Positions 34,184-39,201 of a DNA stretch of 39,201 nt are shown piece after piece. Each line of letters starts with the position of its first letter. Position 1 is the first letter of the stretch. A program made the translations under genes and the position numbers. The notes beneath the pieces were generated by a model. The model had not been told where the DNA came from. It made no database searches and was given only the letters and a program-made list of their open reading frames with translations. This DNA comes from Patescibacteria group bacterium (GTDB taxonomy: Bacteria > Patescibacteriota > Patescibacteriia > PEXW01), in assembly GCA_041665345.1 (NCBI GenBank), contig JBAYJA010000003.1:1-39201 (forward strand), in the 5' to 3' direction.

Positions 34184-36046
34184 ATGCCCCAGTTAGACCC
34201 AAACCTCTGGATCGAAGGCGGATACTACGTGGATTTTGACTTGCTGGACCAGTTCCGCATTCTGGGTCCCAACAACCACGTCTACTGTGGGTTCATTGAT
34301 ATTCCCCGCCACCGCCTGCGCATTGATTCGGTGGAAGCCACACCCCAGGGCACGTGCATCATCAAAGGTCATTTCCAGAAATCGACGATCAATCTCTACT
34401 ATCCAGTGATGGGCGACATGCGCACCATGCGCGGACTGGTCGTTGACCCCAAAACCGGCGAGCTAATCACTTTCCTGGAACTCCGGCGCCGGGAAACCAG
34501 CCAGAGCGTGCCCATGTGGATTCATAAGAGTGTAGGCGCGGAAGGGAAGGCTTTGGTCTTCCGCCGCTCCTATGGCGAGCACTGGTACGGCACCACCTTC
34601 ACGTTTCCTAAGGGCGTGTCAGTGAAGCAAATCCAACGACCGTTTGGTGGGTTTCAGCTCACCACCAAGGCGCGGGAACTGCCGTTCACCATCACGGCGG
34701 AAACCAATGACATTGCCACCAAGACAACGACCTGCAGCGTCCTCCCAACGGAAGCGCTGGAGTGGTCCGTCTTTGGGAAGGACGCAAAAAACATCAAACG
34801 ATTTTGGCAACGCTCAAAAATTGAAGCTGACCACCTGATCACCTGGGGCAAAACCTCGGGCGACCGATTTGGGACGGTCTTCCCGCGCGACTGGATGGAG
34901 AGCGTCCTGCTGGGTGCTGGTGACATTCCGGCTGCGGTGGTGGACGAAATGATTGTGCGCTGCTTGGCGAATGTGGATAGCCGCGGACGCGCCTGGCACG
35001 AAGACGTGGTGGGTGAGTACCGCTACCGCCACGAACTTGCAGGCCGGGATTTGTTTGACCGGAAAATGATTGACATTGAACCATTGACGCTCTTGGCACT
35101 ACGATACGCCTCGCCCTACTTCTGGACACGGAAAGAGGCGGTGAAGAAGCTGCGGCGGATGGCCGGGTACGTCATTAGCCGCGCACAAGCGAAGCACTTC
35201 GTAGCGTTCAAAAAACGACCGGGGGCAAAGGCAATCAAAGATGAGCCGTACTACCTGGTGGGCAACTGGCGAGACAGCACCTGGGCCTTCAAAAAAGTGC
35301 ACCCCCACATTGCACCGTTTGACGTAAACGCAACGCTCTACCCCCTTGCCCTAAAGGAAATTCAGCTGCTGCAGCAGAAACTTGGGCTTCGGGTTCCCAA
35401 ACTGGACCAGCTGGTGAAGCGCTGGAGCGGGAAGCACCAGGCATTTGCATTCACCAATCCAGATAAACTTTCAGCCTTCGCCCTGGCGGTCTACGGTTTT
35501 TCGGCCAACCGCACCACAGCTCGGCAAAAAATTCACTTTAGCCAGCTGAAGGTGAACCACCTGGACGAGTGCACGCGGTACGCCTTGGGCGAGGGCGCAG
35601 AAATAGACTTGGTGAGCTTTGCAAAACGCTTAGCAGATCCCACGTACTTCTCTACCCCATCTGGCCCCACACTCGTTGCGGCAAATAACGGTATGGGCTA
35701 CACCTCACAGGAGTACCACGGCCTGGTGGTGTGGACGAAGCAAACCGCATTTACCGTGATGGGGCTCACCCGGCACCTCCAGCTGGGGAAGAAGCTCGGG
35801 TGGAAGCCCGCCAGTCTCACATTGCTCCGGCGAACGGCGTTGACGATTTGCCAGAGCATGCTCCACGTCTTCCAAACCCTGGATGCCGTACCCGAACTCC
35901 ACTACGATAACCATGGCACCCCACACTTCTTCACTGACCAGCAGGCTGTGGGCGAGCACATGAGCAAAGTGCAGCTCTGGTCGGCCTTGGGCGCCCGCCG
36001 GATATTCCGCGAATACTACAAACTCCTGCGGAAGAAAACCGCGTAG
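34184..36046 (+). CDS. hypothetical soluble protein (620 aa), no confidently recognisable domain
   Basis: Long uninterrupted ORF with host-like codon usage between the membrane gene and the PBP; no signal peptide or TM helix. Confidence 0.5.
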   Translation: MPQLDPNLWIEGGYYVDFDLLDQFRILGPNNHVYCGFIDIPRHRLRIDSVEATPQGTCIIKGHFQKSTINLYYPVMGDMRTMRGLVVDPKTGELITFLELRRRETSQSVPMWIHKSVGAEGKALVFRRSYGEHWYGTTFTFPKGVSVKQIQRPFGGFQLTTKARELPFTITAETNDIATKTTTCSVLPTEALEWSVFGKDAKNIKRFWQRSKIEADHLITWGKTSGDRFGTVFPRDWMESVLLGAGDIPAAVVDEMIVRCLANVDSRGRAWHEDVVGEYRYRHELAGRDLFDRKMIDIEPLTLLALRYASPYFWTRKEAVKKLRRMAGYVISRAQAKHFVAFKKRPGAKAIKDEPYYLVGNWRDSTWAFKKVHPHIAPFDVNATLYPLALKEIQLLQQKLGLRVPKLDQLVKRWSGKHQAFAFTNPDKLSAFALAVYGFSANRTTARQKIHFSQLKVNHLDECTRYALGEGAEIDLVSFAKRLADPTYFSTPSGPTLVAANNGMGYTSQEYHGLVVWTKQTAFTVMGLTRHLQLGKKLGWKPASLTLLRRTALTICQSMLHVFQTLDAVPELHYDNHGTPHFFTDQQAVGEHMSKVQLWSALGARRIFREYYKLLRKKTA

Positions 36047-36118
36047 CCCAGCTCTAGACATTCGCAGAAAAATCTTGTAGAGTAAGTTCTTGCCGAAACG
36101 TTAAACCGACGCCCAACC

Positions 36119-38665
36119 ATGCCCCTCCCCCAGCTTCGCCGGGTGTACCGGCCACAACATCAATCCGAAAACCGATCGCCCGACGGGAAACCAAAACGTC
36201 GCTGGAATCGCCGCCGCATCCTGAAAGTTGCGGGCATTGTGGTTGGCGTGGGTTTCCTGTGCGGTGTCATTGTGGTGGTTGCGGCGTTTGCCTGGTTCAG
36301 CCGTGAGCTGCCAGACCCAAACCGCATCAAAGACCGCGCGGTGGCCATCAGCACGAAAATCTATGCCCGGGATGGCTCCACGTTGCTCTACGACGTGCAC
36401 GGTGATCAAAAACGTTCACTGGTTAAGCTACAAGACATCCCCGAGCACGTACGCCAAGCGACCATTGCCTTGGAGGACAAAGAATTCTACACCCACGGGG
36501 GTGTGAGCATCCGTGGGCTTATCCGCGGGGTCATTTTGGACACGTTCCGTGGCCACGCTACGGGTGGGTCAACCATCACCCAGCAGTTCATCAAGAATGC
36601 GGTGCTCACCTCGGAACGGAAAATCTCCCGCAAGCTCAAGGAGATTATTCTGGCGTACGAACTGGAGCGGAAATTTAGCAAAGACGAAATTCTGCAACTG
36701 TACTTCAACGAAATTCCGTACGGCAGCACGGTCTACGGCATTGAAGCAGCCAGCCAAACCTTCTTCCGCAAACCCGTGCAGAAGCTCTCTATTGCTGAGG
36801 GTGCGCTGCTGGCCGCTATCCCCCAAAGACCAACCTACCTCTCGCCCTACGGCAATCACATTGAGGATCTCATTGGCCGGCAGCAGTACGCCTTGCAGCA
36901 AATGAAAGACCAGGGGTACATCACCCAGGAAGAGTTGGACACCGCGCTTAAGGTGGATATGAAGAAAGCGATTCAACCCAAGTCTGAACAAATTCTGGCT
37001 CCGCACTTTGTGCTGATGGTGAAGGAGGAACTGGCTGACCGGTACGGTGAAAACCTGCTGGAGCGCGGCGGCTTACGGGTGACAACAACCCTGGATTGGA
37101 AAATGCAGCAGGCAGCAGAAAAAGCCATTACGGATATTGGGAACAAGAACGTGAAGCGATATGGCGCAAATAACGCCGCGCTTGTGGCAATTGACCCGAA
37201 AACCGGCCAGGTGAAGAGCTTGGTTGGCTCCCGCGACTACTTTGACACGAAGAATGACGGGAATGTGAATGTGGCAACCCGTGAACGCAACCCAGGCTCT
37301 TCCTTCAAACCCATTATCTACACCAGCGCATTCTTAAAAGGCTACGGCCCAGATACGCTGCTCTTCGACCTGAAAACCAACTTTGGTGGCAACCCGGCCT
37401 ACGTCCCCAATAACTACGACGGCGGGGAACGCGGCCCGGTGACCATGCGCAAGGCGTTGGCCGGCTCCCTGAACATTCCCGCGGTGAAAACCCTGTACCT
37501 GGCTGGGATTCCTGACACGCTCACCCTGGCGCGGAAGCTGGGGTACACCACTCTCACCGACCCCGACCGCTACGGTCTGGCGCTCGCACTGGGCGCCGGT
37601 GGCGTGAAGCTCATTGAGCACACGAATGCGTTTGCCACCTTTGCTGCGAACGGTACGCACCGACCCATTGCAACTATTTTGAAGGTGGAGGATAAGAACG
37701 GAAAAGTCCTGGAGCAATTCAAAGACCGGCCCACGGAAGCAGTGGACAAAGATGTGGTTGCCAAACTCCTCAGCGTCCTCACGGACAATGAGGCACGTAG
37801 CTTCATCTTCGGCTCACGCTCGCAGTTGATTCTGCCAGACCGTACGGTGTTTGCGAAGACTGGCACCACGAACGATTGGCGTGATGGCTGGACCATGGGT
37901 GGTACACCGTCCCTGGTGGCTGGGGTGTGGGTGGGGAATAATGACAATTCGAAAATGGCCAAGGGTGCAGATGGGTCTTTTGTGGCGGCGCCGGCGTGGA
38001 ATGCCTTTTTACGAGCAGCGCTGAAGGGCACGAAGGCAGAAGGCTACCCCAAACCGCCTGAGAATAAAGCCACCAAACCCGTGCTCCAAGGGAAACTCAC
38101 CGCGGATGTGCCAATTGCCATTGACCGCGTTACGGGCCTCCGGATTCCAGATGCTTGCCTCACTACCTACCCCGCGGATTTTCAAACCACAACCACAGTG
38201 AAAGAGGTGCACGAAATTCTCTACTACGTGCAGAAGAGCGACCCGCAAGGTGCTGTGCCAACGAATGCTGCGGCTGATCCGCAGTTCACCCGCTGGGAAG
38301 AGCCCGTGCAGCGCTGGGCGAAGACCAAAGGGTACGTCGCAACGGCACCTGGGCTGGGTGATTGCAGCCTGCGTGACCCCGGCGCCGCACCCACGGTTAC
38401 CATCAACACCCCCACGCTCAATCAAACCGTTACCACATCACCCCTGCCGGTGAGCGTCAGTACGGGTGGACCTCGGCCGGCCACAAAAGTCACGTACACA
38501 GTTGACGGGAAAGTCTTGGGTGAAGTTGCAGTTGGGCCAGACTTCGCCGCGAGTTTGGATCTTACGGGTTTTGAGAGTGGCTTCCACACGTTGGCCGCAA
38601 TCGTCACTGACAACGTTGAAAATACTGGCACGAGCAGTATTACCTTCAATTACCTTTTGCCCTAA
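36119..38665 (+). CDS. class A penicillin-binding protein (bifunctional GT51 transglycosylase/transpeptidase, PBP1A-type)
   Basis: N-terminal TM anchor. GT51 motifs EDKEFYTHGGVS, GGSTITQQ, RKLKEIILAYELERKFSKDEILQLYFNEIPYGSTVYG. Transpeptidase SSFKP (SxxK), SLN, KTGTT (KTG). C-terminal ~150-aa extension. Confidence 0.9.
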   Translation: MPLPQLRRVYRPQHQSENRSPDGKPKRRWNRRRILKVAGIVVGVGFLCGVIVVVAAFAWFSRELPDPNRIKDRAVAISTKIYARDGSTLLYDVHGDQKRSLVKLQDIPEHVRQATIALEDKEFYTHGGVSIRGLIRGVILDTFRGHATGGSTITQQFIKNAVLTSERKISRKLKEIILAYELERKFSKDEILQLYFNEIPYGSTVYGIEAASQTFFRKPVQKLSIAEGALLAAIPQRPTYLSPYGNHIEDLIGRQQYALQQMKDQGYITQEELDTALKVDMKKAIQPKSEQILAPHFVLMVKEELADRYGENLLERGGLRVTTTLDWKMQQAAEKAITDIGNKNVKRYGANNAALVAIDPKTGQVKSLVGSRDYFDTKNDGNVNVATRERNPGSSFKPIIYTSAFLKGYGPDTLLFDLKTNFGGNPAYVPNNYDGGERGPVTMRKALAGSLNIPAVKTLYLAGIPDTLTLARKLGYTTLTDPDRYGLALALGAGGVKLIEHTNAFATFAANGTHRPIATILKVEDKNGKVLEQFKDRPTEAVDKDVVAKLLSVLTDNEARSFIFGSRSQLILPDRTVFAKTGTTNDWRDGWTMGGTPSLVAGVWVGNNDNSKMAKGADGSFVAAPAWNAFLRAALKGTKAEGYPKPPENKATKPVLQGKLTADVPIAIDRVTGLRIPDACLTTYPADFQTTTTVKEVHEILYYVQKSDPQGAVPTNAAADPQFTRWEEPVQRWAKTKGYVATAPGLGDCSLRDPGAAPTVTINTPTLNQTVTTSPLPVSVSTGGPRPATKVTYTVDGKVLGEVAVGPDFAASLDLTGFESGFHTLAAIVTDNVENTGTSSITFNYLLP

Positions 38666-38840
38666 CTCAAGCACACGATCTTCGAGCCTTTTACTGGAAT
38701 CATCACTTGGAGTTGGATGCACTTGAGATGCCTGATGTGCTGAAAAGTGTCATTGAGTCAGCTTGAGTGAATGGGGAAGACAAAGATGTGTCGGAAACTG
38801 GTACAAACTATTGCTTGAGGAATGTAAGCGAGTGTTTGTA

Positions 38841-38878
38841 AATTAAATCACCCCGTACCAACTTCTGTTGATACGGGG
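38841..38878 (-). terminator. hairpin terminator for the minus-strand gene entering from the window's 3' edge
   Basis: Stem CCCCGTA(38851-38857)/TACGGGG(38872-38878), 14-nt loop. On the minus strand it is followed by TGATTTAATTTACAAA (A/T-rich). Confidence 0.4.
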
Positions 38879-38908
38879 GAAAAGACCAATGCATAGAAGA
38901 TACTAAGA

Positions 38909-39201
38909 CTATTCGTTGCAGACGACTACGAAGCAACACCGCTGAGCCCAAGGAACGTCAGCCGAGGAACAGCGCAACTTCACGCCGTCCTCGTTAGCAT
39001 AAACATAGACCCGAGACGGGTTGCCGAAACGCCTCACAACAGGACCGATAAGACCGACACGGGGGTTCTTTGCCAACTGTTCGGACGTATACCACTTGCG
39101 GATATAGGTCTCCACTTCGGCTCTGGAGGGCTGGCGGCACTTCATCTCGGTAGCCTTTGTGAGAACCTCGTCGTCTATCGGACCATGGTCGAACTCCAGC
39201 T
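38909..39201 (-). CDS. hypothetical protein, 5'-truncated by the window edge
   Basis: Open frame from the window end to the stop at 38909 (...LEFDHGPIDDEVLTKATEMKCRQPS...VYVYANEDGVKLRCSSADVPWAQRCCFVVVCNE*); no recognisable domain. Confidence 0.35.
   Translation of the reverse strand, partial: LEFDHGPIDDEVLTKATEMKCRQPSRAEVETYIRKWYTSEQLAKNPRVGLIGPVVRRFGNPSRVYVYANEDGVKLRCSSADVPWAQRCCFVVVCNE

Noticed and set aside
1-39201. CRISPR arrays, tRNA, rRNA, transposases/integrases
   Set aside because: No regularly spaced repeat-spacer array (the heptamer and palindromic repeats are too short or too few). No tRNA-like cloverleaf with a T-loop consensus, no rRNA-like stretch, and no ORF with DDE/tyrosine-recombinase motifs were seen.

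Overview
This window reads as a cell-envelope glycan and sugar-metabolism island, most likely from a small-genome, CPR/Patescibacteria-like bacterium. That taxonomic guess rests on three tandem TrbC/VirB2-type pilin-like genes, several start codons with no Shine-Dalgarno, a membrane-anchored solute-binding protein, and many small GT4 glycosyltransferases. Recognisable genes, in order: a Zn-dependent alcohol dehydrogenase, galU, an ABC-type solute-binding protein, three pilin-like paralogs, six large polytopic membrane proteins (probable GT-C-type glycosyltransferases, two of them clear paralogs) with a SAM methyltransferase, a SIS-type phosphoglucose/phosphomannose isomerase, a 1009-aa fusion protein (SufS-like cysteine desulfurase, an unknown ~330-aa module, then a GNMT-like methyltransferase) followed by a standalone paralog of its methyltransferase domain, yebC-ruvC, a sucrose-phosphate-synthase-like GT4, an A/T-rich cassette (GT2, methyltransferase, SDR epimerase), an SPP-like HAD phosphatase, an overlapping operon of three paralogous GT4s with an APH-like kinase and a GalT/HIT-like nucleotidyltransferase, an unknown 620-aa protein, and a class A PBP. 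Structure not explained by genes includes: a conserved ~60-90 nt C-rich element ending at the ATG of three genes that lack a Shine-Dalgarno; a duplicated ~95-bp imperfect palindromic element; ATTCGTA heptamer repeats in two intergenic regions; a duplicated gene 3' end flanking the A/T-rich cassette; and compositional islands (including ~430 bp inside the fusion gene). I found no rRNA, tRNA or CRISPR array. All calls come from reading the sequence and the ORF track by eye. No database searches were run, and GC statements are by-eye estimates.
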